The notes: generated from the letters alone by a model not told the origin. A stretch of 64,000 bases of DNA from Octopus sinensis (GCF_006345805.1 NC_043017.1:14508001-14572000); one strand, 5' to 3'. Shown: positions 1-12,044, numbered from the stretch's first letter. Program-made: numbers and translations.

Positions 1-340
1 GCCCTAAAGTCACATATTGCCCTTCTCAACTCTTAGGAAAACAGATGATGATAAAAATGACTGGAACACAAGACAAAAACAAGGAAATGGAAATTTCTCC
101 AGATATCTTAACTTGAATCATTTTGCAACAAATATGGCTGCCATAAGCAGACAGAAACAATAACAATTATTTCTTTTAATTAATTTCAAAATCACAAAAA
201 GCCTATCATACTTTCATTGACTGCAAGAAAATAGAAATAAACTTCATTGAGAGAGGCAAGACAAGGCTACAAATTTCGTTTTAGTCGGAAGAAGCAAGAC
301 ATGAATCCAGTTGGTAGTATGTTCTGACCATCCAACTAAA

Positions 341-563
341 CCCTTTCGATACCAGCCTACCGAAGACTTCCCCACGTTTTATGATACAAAGTTCCTGTTC
401 AAAGTAAAACACATTAAAATCTTCCATCAAAATTTCTTGTTAATTTATGGTCAAAACACAAGCGCTTAATAATGACAAAGTGACTTGATCAAATTCTTCC
501 TTTTTTCCCAAATTGATTGAAGCAAAAGCAGTGGATTTCAACAGAAATTTGATAAGAAAAGTG
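341..563. mobile_element. short non-autonomous DNA element, piggyBac-like (TTAA target) MITE, degraded
   Basis: Left end taaa|CCCTTTCGATACC, right end GATAAGAAAAGTG|ttaa: degenerate CCCTTT/AAAGGG termini with TTAA-like flanks and a non-coding interior. Confidence 0.45.
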
Positions 564-1022
564 TTAATGGCCAAAGATTTAGAAATTCTCTAATTTCTTA
601 ATATTTCTGGGGTGAGGAGAGGCAAATATTTTGGCTCAATGAGCAATTATGATTTAATCTGATGTTAACTCCAGACATATTTTGATCTTGTTAAACCTCA
701 TCAGCAAAGTTTTAGTTTCAATAAATCAACACGTCATTGACCAAATGTTTCCTTCTGGTCCCTACATAACTATTATTAATTATTAGATAATTGTTCATTA
801 CTCTAGTAGCTATTATGGCATTAACTTTACTGTTTTACATTGTGCAAATTGTGTCCCTGGGTAATATTCCTCTACCATAGTTAATAGTTTTCAGTAAAAA
901 ATGTTTCAAATGTTCAGATCTTAGGCACACTTTTGGAAATTTTCCATCTCAGACTTTTGTTGCTGTTGCTGTTGTTGTTGTTGTTGGTGGTGGTGGTAAT
1001 GGAGAATCAGTCACCTCAAGCT

Positions 1023-1079
1023 AACCCATGCTAGCATGGAAAATGGATGTTAAACGATGATGATGATGATGATGATGAT
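1023..1079 (+). mobile_element. RTE LINE 3' terminal fragment
   Basis: aacccatgctagcatggaaaatggatgttaaacgatgatgat matches the 3' end of the RTE copies at 30358, 31960 and 38116. Confidence 0.7.
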
Positions 1080-1289
1080 TTGCACTGATGAGGGTCATTA
1101 TACTTTCACAGCCAGTTTACAGCTCCATAGAACAGTAGAGCCTTTACACATGCCCCTTGCATGGCAGAAAATGCTTCTTACTGTCAGCTACATGAAATAC
1201 TAAATGAGACACAGATTAAGCCATTTATGGGTTGTTTCAATTTAAATATATAGATACAAATCTTACCCTAACATTGCTTGATGCAAAAA

Positions 1290-1550
1290 AAGTGTGGGCT
1301 AAAATGTGTGTATGTGTGTGTATGTATACATGTAAGGTATTCCTATATGAATGGTATGTGTGTGTATATATATATATATATCTATGTATGTATATATATA
1401 TATATACTCAGAGTAACAGGTTTTGTTGAATTTTCTGCAGCTTTTAAATAAAGTATATATGTATATATATATATATGGATATATAAAAATATGTATGCAT
1501 TGATTGAAGTATGTGTCGTTGGTGTGTGTATGTGTGTGTGTGTGTGTGTA
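1290..1550. repeat. compound (TG)n/(TA)n microsatellite
   Basis: Directly visible dinucleotide runs. Confidence 0.9.
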
Positions 1551-1558
1551 TAGCACAG

Positions 1559-1712
1559 ACATGGCTGTAATGTTAAGAATTTGTTTCCCAACTGCATGGT
1601 TTTGGGTTCAGTCCTACAGTGTGGCATCTTAGACGAATGCCTTCCACCATAGACCTGGAATGACCAATGTTTTGTGGCTGAATTTGATAGATGGAAATTA
1701 AAAGACCATCAT
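1559..1712 (+). mobile_element. tRNA-derived SINE family 1, degraded 5' half
   Basis: atggctgtaatgttaagaa...gggttcagtcc...ggcatcttagacgaatgcc aligns with the intact copy at 16729-17140. Confidence 0.7.
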
Positions 1713-1714
1713 AT

Positions 1715-2632
1715 TATGAGGTTGTATCAAAAAGTTCCCATATTAGTTCTGTAGCACACCAACAGGTGGCAGCATGCAATTGTGTGTGCAGTGAGATCTA
1801 GCAGTAACCTTCATGAGGCAGTGTGCTGAGTGACATTGCTGTGTTTACTTTGCAATTTGTAAAAATTGTATTTTTGTGATCACATATGTCTGCTGTAGCC
1901 TGTGGTTTTGTTATGGACAGAAACAAAGAGCCAATGTGAAATTTTGTTTTAAACTTAGGAAGTCTGCTACAGAGACATGGAGCATTCTTTGGCAAGCACA
2001 AGGAGGCAATGGGTCATACACAATGTTTTGAGTGGCACAGGCACTTCAAAAGTGACAGAATGTCCCTGGAAGACAATGAGCAATCTGGAAGCCCTGCCAC
2101 AAACATGAACCCCGGAAATGTGGTCTTGTGCATTGAGAATTCATTCCACAGGGCCAGGCCCCCAATCGACACTTTTCGTGTGACAATTTGAAATGTTTGA
2201 GGGAAGATATTCGGCGAAAGCAACTGGATTTGTGAAGCGTGAAGAATTCGATTCTTCACAATGACAATGCATCCTGTCCCTGAACTCTCCTCAGTCACAA
2301 GTTTCTTGCCAAAAATAGTATTGCTTCAACATCTGCCCTGTTTTCCAGATATTTTCCAGATTTAGCACCTGCAGCTTTCCATTTCTTCCCCGTGATGAAA
2401 ATGCTGCGCAAAGATCCCTGTTTTAACACTGTTGCCAAGATCCAGTGCCAATTGCAGAAGATCTTCAACTCAAGGAAAACAACTTCCAGGCAAGATGCCA
2501 AAAGTGGCAGGAATGCTGGGACAGGTGTATTGCTGTACAAGGTAACTATTTTGAAGGAGATGAGGTTAAAACTTTGTTAAATAAGTTATTTTTTATTAAA
2601 CATAACTAGTCCAGGAACCTTTTGTCCAAATA
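1715..2632 (+). mobile_element. mariner transposon relic with internal deletion
   Basis: Translated pieces: EQRANVKFCFKLGKSATET, MGHTQCFEWHRHFKS...EDNEQSG (HTH), HNDNAS, PDLAPAAFHFFP and WDRCIAVQGNYFEGD. Degenerate TIRs: tatgaggttgtatcaaaaagttccc versus the reverse complement of actagtccaggaaccttttgtccaaata. Confidence 0.85.
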
Positions 2633-2999
2633 TATATATATATATATATATATAGTGAAAATGAGGGAGGGAGAGATAGAGAAACTGATGTGGTGATGTG
2701 GTGTGTGTGTGCATGCATGTGTGTGTGCGTGTGCATGCATGTGTGTGTGCGTGTGCATGCATGTGTGTGTGTGTGAGTATTATTGAAAATCTCTGAGCTG
2801 CAAGTGGTGATGTTCTTGTAATTTCTGTTGTCACCTAATCATTCACTGATTTTTCATCTTGGAAGGTGTACAGAATTAGAAATCCCTTACTTGAAAAAAT
2901 AAGGATAAGTGTTAGCGATTGAAAAGGCATCTGGTTGTAAATCAATTCTTCATTGTCTAACCAATGCTAGCATAGAAAACTCACACACACACACACAAA

Positions 3000-3440
3000 T
3001 TATATCCAACTCTAAGTAGCTCTGTCTCTGTCACTGCATCTTCTCTCTCCCTATTCTCTCTTTATCCACCCTCTTGCATCTTGTGAGTATACCCTGATAC
3101 CCCAACTTCCCTTTCCCTCTTTCCTACTGGGGTAGCCATTCATCTCTATGACAAGACATTGTTCCTATCCCTCTCCCCTATTTTAGCCAACCTGGCACAA
3201 ACCACTTCTTTCAATACTGCATCGCGAGTCTGTCAAAGAGTGTCCTGCAAGTTACTTGCTGACCTCACTGGTGCTGGTGCCAGAAGAAATAAAAACAAGC
3301 CCTCAGTACATTCTGTAAAGTGGTTGGCATTAAGAAGGCATCCAGTTCTGGAAAGATTGCCAAAGCAGACATTGAAGCTCTCAACCAAGTCAGATCTTGC
3401 TGAACTCTTCAACTAAGGCCAGCACAGAAAACGGACCGAT
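3000..3440 (+). mobile_element. RTE subfamily B 3' UTR fragment, degraded
   Basis: CT-rich body followed by ctgtaaagtggttggcattaagaaggcatccag; similar to the 3' UTR of the 8417-10860 element. Confidence 0.55.
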
Positions 3441-4555
3441 AATCAAACGCATGTGTGTGCATGCACACAGAAACAGACACAGACACACATGCACACACAC
3501 ACACACACACACACTTATAGTGGAATCAAATAGCCAGAGTTAGTAGAGCATCAAAACAAATGCCATAGTGGTATCTATCACAGTTCTTTATATTCTGAGT
3601 TAAGTTTTTACCATTTCAGTTCCTGCTGCTGTCCAAGGCAAATCAGCCATGAGACTACTATCACTGATGACGTTTGTGATGGTCAGGGAAGGATTGCTGT
3701 GGCCTTCTTCTACAACAGCTAATGATGATGATGGTGATGATGATGCAACAGAGTTGGAGAGAAACCTCTACAATTACAGTCATCACATGCAGCCAGGAGT
3801 AAATTGTAGAAACTGTTCAAGTTCACATGAGAGAAGATGGAGAATTTGATCAATAATTTGGTGTTCGGTTACTTTAGTTGCTGGAGTGAATATCTGTTTG
3901 TGTGGATCGATACCACTGCGATATATGAGAAGAATAATTTACATGGACATGTGCATTTAACAAATCATAACCACCACTCCCACTATCATTTACGTATGTG
4001 TGTGTGTATGTATGTATGTACATGTGTGTATGTGTGTGTATAAATTTTCTACCAAAGTGGGTGTTGTTCATAATTTCTATTTAAAGATGCGCATTGTTTT
4101 TGAATATTTCGCTAACAACAATTCTATCCAGCTGTGTGTGGGCAGGGGATAGTGAGAGAATGGTTATCTGAGCTCAAAGATTCTATGTGCTGCTGTCATT
4201 AGACACGTGCTATTAAATTCCTGCAGAATTCTTGCAGGAATGTCAGGGTGGGAAACTCATCAGAATGAATTCCTTTGTGTGAAGAAAACCATTGTTAACA
4301 GAGAGATCATCAAATTTGGTAAAGTGATTTCTATCATATATAACAGAAGGAATCAAGAAATATTTAATTAAAATTATAACTGTAGCAGGGTGGAAGAACC
4401 ATTATGTTAATTAATTATGGTACAAAAAGGCAGGGGAAATAATAACTTAATATCTTAATTCTGGGAGACAATTTCAGAAACTGCATTAATTAAAAATATA
4501 AAACAGATCGGGTACTGGGCCTCCTGACTGGCATGTGACCTTAGAATAGACTCTA

Positions 4556-4700
4556 GTACAGATACCCAAGGACCTGGTAATCTGTTGAGGATATCAAACC
4601 AGGTGACTATAGACTAGACTTTGCTACAGATACCCAGGGACTTGGTGTGGGTGCTAAACCAGGTGAATACAGACAGGGCTCTGCTGCAGGCACCCAAGGG
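4556..4700. repeat. degenerate ~60-68 bp tandem repeat, about 2.3 units
   Basis: tacagatacccaaggacctggt...aaaccaggtgactatagac / tacagatacccagggacttggt...aaaccaggtgaatacagac / tgcaggcacccaaggg. Confidence 0.6.
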
Positions 4701-4744
4701 TGTCAAACTGGTCGGCAAATAAGTCTGTCATCCAAAAACAGAGA

Positions 4745-4890
4745 TGGCAGCCTTCCAACAAACTTTCGTTGGTTTCACAGTTTCTGTCTCTCCACTTCTA
4801 TTCACAAGTATTTGGTTGATCCAGAGAAATTACTGTAGAAGACAAGGTACTGCGGAGAAGACTGGAACCACAGATTTTCCCTGCAAACTT
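4745..4890 (-). mobile_element. SINE family 1, degraded
   Basis: ttcacagtttctgtctctcc...ttcacaagtatttggttg...gtagaagacaagg...ggaaccaca resembles the plus-strand text of 16990-17110. Confidence 0.45.
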
Positions 4891-5336
4891 CTGAACCACT
4901 CGGCTTTACTGATGCCCAGTTGGACAATATGGATGGATTCATAAAAGTATTTGAAAATGTTCTGAATGACCTTAGGAGATGTAGAACACCAGGATGCTGA
5001 TTCATTTTAATTTGAACCATTCATTATCTTTAATGAAGCATCTCAACATAATTATCAAATTCAAAAATTTATTTAATTTATTTTTGTAGTTACTTGTGTT
5101 GTGAAACATTTAAAAAGTTTTCTTCCAGCTTTTTTTGTTTTTAACTGAAATCTAATTTAAATGAGAATTAATGCCACAGCATGGCCACAGTCCAATGACT
5201 GAAACAAGTAAAAGATAATAATATAGAATTTATCTTTAAATGATAGGTTTATTAAAGGAATTGAATATTTTAACAATATAAACTTGTATACATTATTTAC
5301 ATTTGATGGATATTTGTCCTCATCTTGTTTGTTGTT

Positions 5337-5382
5337 AACACAGTGTTTCTGCTGGTATACCCTCCAGCATTCATCAGGTGTC
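5337..5382 (-). ncRNA. minimal hammerhead ribozyme-like motif
   Basis: Minus strand reads gacac CTGATGA a TGCTGG agggtata CCAGCA GAAAC act gtgtt. Stem II is a perfect 6 bp; stem I is gacac/gtgtt; the helix III/NUH region is mutated (GAAACACT versus inferred GAAACGTT). Confidence 0.6.
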
Positions 5383-5477
5383 TTGAGGAAATTTCGAACA
5401 TGGATTCTCATTCCTAAAGTATTTTCAATGTTATAATTGTTATTATTGTTGTTATTATTATTATTATTATTATTATT

Positions 5478-5551
5478 CGGGTCACTACTTGGAATTGAAC
5501 TTGGAATCTTGGGGTTAGTAGCCCGTGCTCTTAACCACTACACCATATGCC
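5478..5551 (-). other. tRNA-like Pol III head (SINE-type), not a functional tRNA
   Basis: Minus strand: A box TGGTGTAGTGG (5535-5545) and B box AGTTCAATTCC (5491-5501), followed by (AAT)n; no clean acceptor stem. Confidence 0.7.
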
Positions 5552-5555
5552 CATG

Positions 5556-5601
5556 GGCACCTGATGAAGGCTGGAGGGTATATCAGCCAAAATGTTGTGT
5601 T
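5556..5601 (+). ncRNA. minimal hammerhead ribozyme-like motif, decayed
   Basis: ggcac CTGATGA(5561-5567) a GGCTG gagggtatat CAGCC AAAA TGTT gtgtt. The changes GAAACGTT to AAAATGTT are consistent with CpG decay. Confidence 0.5.
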
Positions 5602-6027
5602 AACAACAAACAAGATGAGGACAAATATCCATCAAATGTAAACAATGTAAATAATGTACATAATTCCTCAACTCTTAAATATAGAACAGTATTATAGACT
5701 TTTATGTCATTGTTTGTTTAGCCTCAGCTCAGCACTAGCAACCGAACAGATCCCCAACCAAACTGTTTTTTTCATTTTTTTCTTCTTAAATAATATATAA
5801 AGCCCAGGCATGGGGTACATGTCTAACACTCATGGGTGTACAATTAGGAAGTTTACTTCTCAGCCATAGGACTCCAGGTCTGATCGCATCGCACAATGAT
5901 TTGGGTGTCTTCCACCACAGCACCAAGTCTGCTCTGTAAGTAAATTCTTATAGTTCAGAATTTCACATTGTGTGCAGTGTGTGTGTGTGTGTGTAGACCA
6001 GTGTACATAAGCAAGGACATAGTGATT

Positions 6028-6105
<78 letters not shown>

Positions 6106-6111
6106 GTGGTC

Positions 6112-6300
6112 AGTTTATTGGGTTACCCAGGGTTTTGCATCCATAAAGCACATAGCTTTACATACATCTCATCAGACCTTAATCCCTGGTGGCCAATAAT
6201 CTCTCTTGAAAATAGAGGTTGTAAGCGAACGACCATTAAGGTCTGATGAGACGTGTGTAAAGCTAAGCCCTGTATGGACATGAAACCCTGGGTAGACCCA
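6112..6300. mobile_element. inverted-repeat element with hammerhead-like motif in each arm
   Basis: Arms 6121-6183 and 6235-6300 are reverse complements. Right arm: aaggt CTGATGA(6243-6249) gacgt...gacat GAAA(6282-6285) ccctgg GTA gacc. Confidence 0.6.
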
Positions 6301-6405
6301 TAGAGCAGCCGTGACTATCTTTCTTTAAGTACTCTTCTGCTCTATAACCTGGAATTGTGCTTCTCTTTTGGATTTAGGATTTACTGACGATATATAAATG
6401 TGTGC

Positions 6406-6453
<48 letters not shown>

Positions 6454-7732
6454 CTTGTGCCTCATAATTGAGTGGCTCAATAAGCAGAGATTGATAAGTT
6501 GACAATATGATCACTAAACCCATTACGGTGGTGCTCCAGTATGGCTGTAGTTCAAGAGATGAAACTAGTAAGAGACTAAAAGTATAAATAATATTCTTCC
6601 ATGCTTTTTAAAACTTTTTTGTTTGGAAGAGTAGAATGTGATTTGGTTGTTGCTTCTAGCTGGGAGGGCAATAGCACAGGGACTTCCTTCCGAGGAACTG
6701 GTAATTATGAAAGAATCCATGAGTTGATGGCAACATTGTGCTATCTTGTATAACATTGTTGTAATGATATCAAGCCATGTTTATTAGACAGAAGCCAGTG
6801 GTGTGATATCCTCACATCTCATTTCTATGGCCAACATTATCCCACCAATCTCCTGAGTTTATTCTCTTTCTTCCTTTATATTTTTAACACACACACACAC
6901 ACACTAAATTTCTTGGTAATTCCCAGTAATTCATCAATGTGACCCAGTTTAGTAATTCATTAACCTCTGACATCCTTCTTTTAAATGATTTAAATTTCAA
7001 AAACAAACAAAAAAAAAGAACAAAAACGATTGGAAAAATTTTGTTAAATTTAACATTTGATATTTTTCTTGTAGAAACAGTTACCAGATTTTGCTAAAAG
7101 TAAATATGATGTTGTGGCTTTTATGCCTGCTATAGCTTATTCCATAACATATTTACAAACATCTTTCCATTTTATCAAATATTCCAGAAGTAAAAAGGTC
7201 GAGTTTCCACAACCTTTACAGAATGATTTTATGACTTAATGTAGGTCACCCACCTCCTCACTGCCAGCTTGGAATCCCCCCCCACACCAATACAGTTGGA
7301 AATAAGCAACGATTAGAATATTGAACTGCTTCATTCCGTTACAGTAGTTCAACTAGTGTCAGTTTTGACGACTCTACTACTACGAAAGTGTAAAAAAAAA
7401 AGAAAAGGAGAAAAAAATGAAAATATAAAAAAAACAACCGACAACAATCTGTACATTATTGTTTTTGTATGTTTTAAGTGGAATACTGCAACATTGAGCA
7501 GTAATGCAGCTACTACTAATATCGCTACCGATATATACTAGTGAAACACTAATCAATATTTTCTGTATAGAAGACTTAGCATACTAAACAACAGCAGTGA
7601 AATGCAACCAGTTGATACTCGGTACATTTTTTTTTTTTTGATATTTTACTTTTTGTTCTTCAAAGATAGCAGAAATGGCCAAATGCAAATGTACCATTTG
7701 TTTCCCTTGTTTTTAAATCTCATTCATTAGGC

Positions 7733-7763
7733 ACAGATGATGATGATGATGATGATAGTAATA

Positions 7764-7794
<31 letters not shown>

Positions 7795-7796
7795 TG

Positions 7797-7836
<40 letters not shown>

Positions 7837-7872
7837 TAATAATAATAATAATAATAATAATGATAATAATAA
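7733..7872. repeat. (GAT)n/(AAT)n microsatellite
   Basis: Directly visible; forms the tail of the adjacent minus-strand SINE. Confidence 0.9.
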
Positions 7873-8088
7873 ATGATTTTAAATTTTGGCACATGGCCTG
7901 GAAGTTCACAAGTGGGGGGAAGTTGATTACATTGACCCCAGTATACAACTGGTGCTTATTTTATCGACCACAAAAGGATGGAAGGCAAAGTTGGCTTCAG
8001 TGGAATTTGAACTCAGAATATAAAGACGGATAAAATGCCGCTAAGTATTTTGCTCAGTGTGCTAATGATTCTGCCAGCTCATCATCTT
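7873..8088 (-). mobile_element. tRNA-derived SINE family 2
   Basis: Contains gaatttgaactcag (reverse-complement B box), aaggatggaaggcaaagttgg and ttctgccagctc; homologous to 46273-46504. Confidence 0.85.
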
Positions 8089-8097
8089 AATAATAAT

Positions 8098-8360
8098 AAT
8101 CATCATCATCGTTTAACGTCCGCTTTCCATGCTAGCATGAGTTGGACGGTTCAACTGGGGTCTGGCAAGCCCGAAGGCTACACCAGGCCAGTCAGATCTG
8201 GCAGTGTTTCTACAGCTGGATGCCCTTCCTAACGCCAACCACTCCGAGAGTGTAGTGGGTGATTTTATGTGCCACCGACACAGGTGCCAGACGAGGCTGG
8301 CAGACGGCCACGCTCGGATGGTGTTTTTTATGTGCCACCGACACAGGTGCCAGACGAGGC

Positions 8361-8361
<1 letters not shown>
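8098..8361 (-). mobile_element. RTE subfamily A 3' UTR fragment inserted in (AAT)n
   Basis: Nearly identical to the reverse complement of 30130-30358; carries a 36-bp internal direct repeat (ttttatgtgccaccgacacaggtgccagacgaggct). Confidence 0.9.
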
Positions 8362-8391
<30 letters not shown>

Positions 8392-8416
8392 TAATAATAA
8401 TAATAATAATAATAAT

Positions 8417-10860
8417 ACGTTTGCCTTCCATGCTGGTGTGGGTGGGATGGTTTGACAAGCGCTGGCCAGGCAGAAGCTTGCATCAGACTTTTGTGACTGT
8501 TATGGTAGGGTTTTTACAGCTGGATGCCCTTCCGAACACCAACCACTCAGCAGGGTGGACTTAGTGCTTTTTACATGGCACAAGCACAGGCGAGGTCAGT
8601 TTTGGCAAGGTTTTTTACAGCTGGATGCCATTCCAAACACCAACCACTTTACGGTGAGGACCACGTGCTTTTAAGAGGCACCTGCACTGACAGGGCGACC
8701 AAGTGACTTGCAGGACAAAAATAAAACATTGAAGAGGGTTGGGAGGGGCATTGGAGGACATGATCTTGTGTTGGATGATGAAAGGTTATAGTGAGACAGA
8801 GAGATAGAAACAGGTGTCATGCTGAGAGAGAGAGAGGGGGGGCTGAATGAAGGCAGAAACAGGTGCGCTACTGCAAAGGAGATACATGGTTACCCAAACT
8901 GAGGGAAGTGCAGGAGCAGGAGAGAGAGAGTGAGAAAGAAGGAGACAGCAGGATAGAGATGGTGGCAAAGTGCCAGGCATACTTACAAGGGACAGGAGGG
9001 AAAGCAATGATAGAGAGAAACAAGATTGGGGAGTGAGAGCTAGGCATAGTGTATGAAGGGGGAAATGTGAGGAAGAGAAGAGATGTATTAGAAAATTACT
9101 ATTTGCAAATCTCACAAGAGTTATTCAGCAACAGTACTAAATTACAGCAACATTCATCCTAAACCAGGACTGCCATGTTATGTTGGCAAATAATCTTTAC
9201 TCCAGAAGAGATGTAGTTTGGTTTGTTGTGATAGTGTGTGTGTGAGACGGTTTCTTGTTAAGTGTGGGTGGGACTCACAGCGCTTCTAGAACTCAGTTTC
9301 ACTGTTGTGGGTGGGTCTTCTCTAGAACTTCATATTGCCAGACATCTTGGTCCATTGTCATTTCCTCCGTGAGGCCCAACATCCTGAGATCGGTCCTTAC
9401 CACTTCATTCCATGTCTTCCTGGGTCTCCTTCTTCTGTGGGTACCATCTACTTTCAGTTATCAGCACTTCTTTATGCAGCTGTCCTCTTGCATGCTACAT
9501 TTGATTCTTCTTATGCCCAATACATTTTCTCTCAATCCATTTGCACTTTGTCGGTCATGCACACTGATGTTGCACATCCAATGGAGCAGAACTACCTTCA
9601 TTCCTCTCCAGTCTACGAATATCTTCTGCATTCAAAGCCCCTGTCTCACTACCATGGAGTATAGCCGTTCACACACAAGCATCATATAGTCTACCTTTCA
9701 CTCTGAGAGAGAATCCTTTTGCTGCTCTCTGGACTTCCTCCACCCAATTCTTATTCTAAAAACAATATTTTCAGAGCATCCTCCACCACTGCTAATTTGG
9801 TCACCTAGGTAACAGAAACTACAACCTGTAGAGAGCCTCCTGGGCATTTCAGAGAATCTAAGTCCCGTGTGCTCTTAGTGCTTATTCTTCCTGCACATCT
9901 GCCACATACAAAGATGACTTTGTCTACAAATCTACCTGTGATTCTACTGCACCGCTTCTGTGTCCATAGATTACACTGGATGCAGTGAATGGAATTTCTT
10001 CCAACTCCTTTCCTACATACTGAGCAGGGCCATTTACCTGATGGAAAGAGTTTTATCTTCTTTCTTACTAACAACATCTTAGGTTAACTTTAAGGGCCTT
10101 TGATTCCAGGTTTTGTTTCCATGCCTGGAATTTCTTCTCCTATTCTGCTAAAGATTCTGCAATAAGAACAAGTCATCAGCATATAGCAGTTCCCATGAGC
10201 ACCCACTTTTGAATTCCTCTGTTATTGTCTGGCGGACTATAATGAAGAAGAGGGGGCTGAGAACTGAGCCCTGGTGAACCCTTACTTGTACAGTAAATTC
10301 ATCACTGTATTCATGGCCAACTCTCACCTTACTGACAGCACCATTACTCTACTCCTAACTTCTTTAGAGACCACCATATAACAGAGCGTGGAACTCTGTC
10401 GAAAGCTTTCTCCAGGCTGACAAAGGCTAAGTACAATAGCTTACTTTTAGCTAAGTACTTTTCCTGCAGCTGTTACACTAGGAAGATGGCATCTGTGGTA
10501 CTCTTCCCAGGTACAAAACTAAACTGCATCTCACCTAGTTTAATTCTATTTCTAATCAATTGAGTTATAACCCTCTCAGAAACTTCCATGACTTGGTCTA
10601 GCAGTTGTTTCTATCACCTTTACTCTTGAAACAGCTATAATACTACTACACCAGTCATTGGGGATGGTGCCTTCCTGAATAACCTGATTAACTATATGGG
10701 TGACTAAGCTGTATCCTACGCCACCAGAAATTTTAATCATCTCGGTAGTGATTCTTGATGGTCCAGGCGCTTTCCCTGTCTTCATGTCCTTAATTGCCTT
10801 GTCTACAATGCTGCTATCAACTGTGTTGGCTAGTCCCTCAATTAGTTTGATATTTGGTGG
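8417..10860 (-). pseudogene. RTE-clade LINE (subfamily B), 5'-truncated, degraded RT with PHD insertion and long 3' UTR
   Basis: Minus-strand translations: MKTGKAPGPSRITTEMIKISGGVGYSLVTHIVNQVIQEG (10576-10785), GKWPCSVCRKGVGRNSIHCIQCNLWTQKRC...FVCGRC (9805-10077) and RRPRKTWNEVVRTDLRMLGLTEEMT near 9330-9430; many stops and frameshifts. Confidence 0.9.
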
Positions 10861-11298
10861 AATTTGAACTGAGAAGACAGTATTTAAAAAATAAAAAAGG
10901 GGAATTCTTTATTTCTGAAATATGTTGAGATAAAAAAGGGTCAGATATGATGTTTTTATATGAACTTGGCAAAACAAATATCACATTTCTTTCTTTCTTT
11001 CTTTCTTTCTTTATCTATTTATTTATTTATTTATTATTCATTTATAACAATACTGATTACTAGTCTCCAATAGATCAATCACCAGTTCAGTGCATCTCTG
11101 ATACTGAGAGTGACAAGGGAGTACCTGTCACTCAATGCAGAACAAATATTAGAAGAAATTTTCTCAAAGAACATCAGTATTTTAGTTATGCTTTTCAACC
11201 AATGCTTAATTGGTAAAATATATATAAATACTTGTGTGTGTGTGTGTATGTATATAAATACACGCACACACATATATGGCATCACTTTAATGGCAAAC

Positions 11299-11421
11299 AT
11301 ACTGTCACCACATAAAAAAACACTCACTCTACTCTGGAAAGTGGTTGGCATTCGGAAGAACATCCAGTCAGAGAAATCAAGCCAAAACAGTTGACTGGAG
11401 TTTGATGCAGCCCTTATATAT

Positions 11422-11457
<36 letters not shown>

Positions 11458-11569
11458 AGGGCTGCATCAAACTCCAGTCAACTGTTTTGGCTTGATTTCT
11501 CTGACTGGATGTTCTTCCGAATGCCAACCACTTTCCAGAGTAGAGTGAGTGTTTTTTTATGTGGTGACA

Positions 11570-11573
<4 letters not shown>
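11299..11573. repeat. near-perfect 275-bp palindrome: two 117-bp arms of a decayed RTE tail around a (TA)n spacer
   Basis: 11299-11415 is the reverse complement of 11457-11573 with no mismatch seen. Confidence 0.9.
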
Positions 11574-11616
<43 letters not shown>

Positions 11617-11638
11617 TAGATAGATATATACATACACA

Positions 11639-11993
11639 CACAAGAGTTAAGGAATGGAGTAGATAAGATCCGGGCTACATATGTTTTATAGCAAGCGGAA
11701 TCTTGGAAATGGTAAATACCCAAGTGAGGTGTATACTGCAGGCTACACACCAGGCCAAGGATATCTTGATTAAATGAAAGTTTACACATTTTACACTTTC
11801 TGAATGAATCTCCCATGTATTAACATATACCTCTTTGCAACAATGTAAACTTTCATTTAATCAATATACCCTTGGCCTGGCGAGTAGCATGTGGTATATA
11901 CACCTTGCTTGGATACTTACCATTTCCAAGGTTCCTCTCGCTATGAAGTATATGTAGCCCAGATCTTATTTACTCCATTCCTTAACTCATGTA
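11639..11993. mobile_element. MITE with ~150-bp imperfect terminal inverted repeats
   Basis: gagttaaggaatggagtagataagatccgggctacatat...tgattaaatgaaagtttaca is mirrored at 11843-11993; the right end is in TA (Tc1/mariner-like target). Confidence 0.8.
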
Positions 11994-12044
11994 ATCTTAT
12001 TCACATACCCAGCTTCATTGGTCACCTACTATGAAATATTCTTT

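Larger units (their letters stand above)
5285..5695. mobile_element. inverted-repeat element (Penelope-like/retrozyme-like) with a hammerhead-like motif in each arm and a tRNA-like head in the spacer
   Basis: Arms 5288-5380 and 5558-5660 are reverse complements (gtgttaacaacaaacaagatgaggacaaatatccatcaaatgtaaa in both); each arm starts with cacCTGATGA. Confidence 0.7.

Noticed and set aside
5478-5551. Possible tRNA gene
   Set aside because: A and B boxes are present, but there is no proper acceptor or anticodon stem and it is followed by (AAT)n; treated as a SINE-type head.
11639-11993. Checked as another hammerhead inverted repeat
   Set aside because: No CUGANGA or GAAA at the inner ends; kept as an ordinary MITE.
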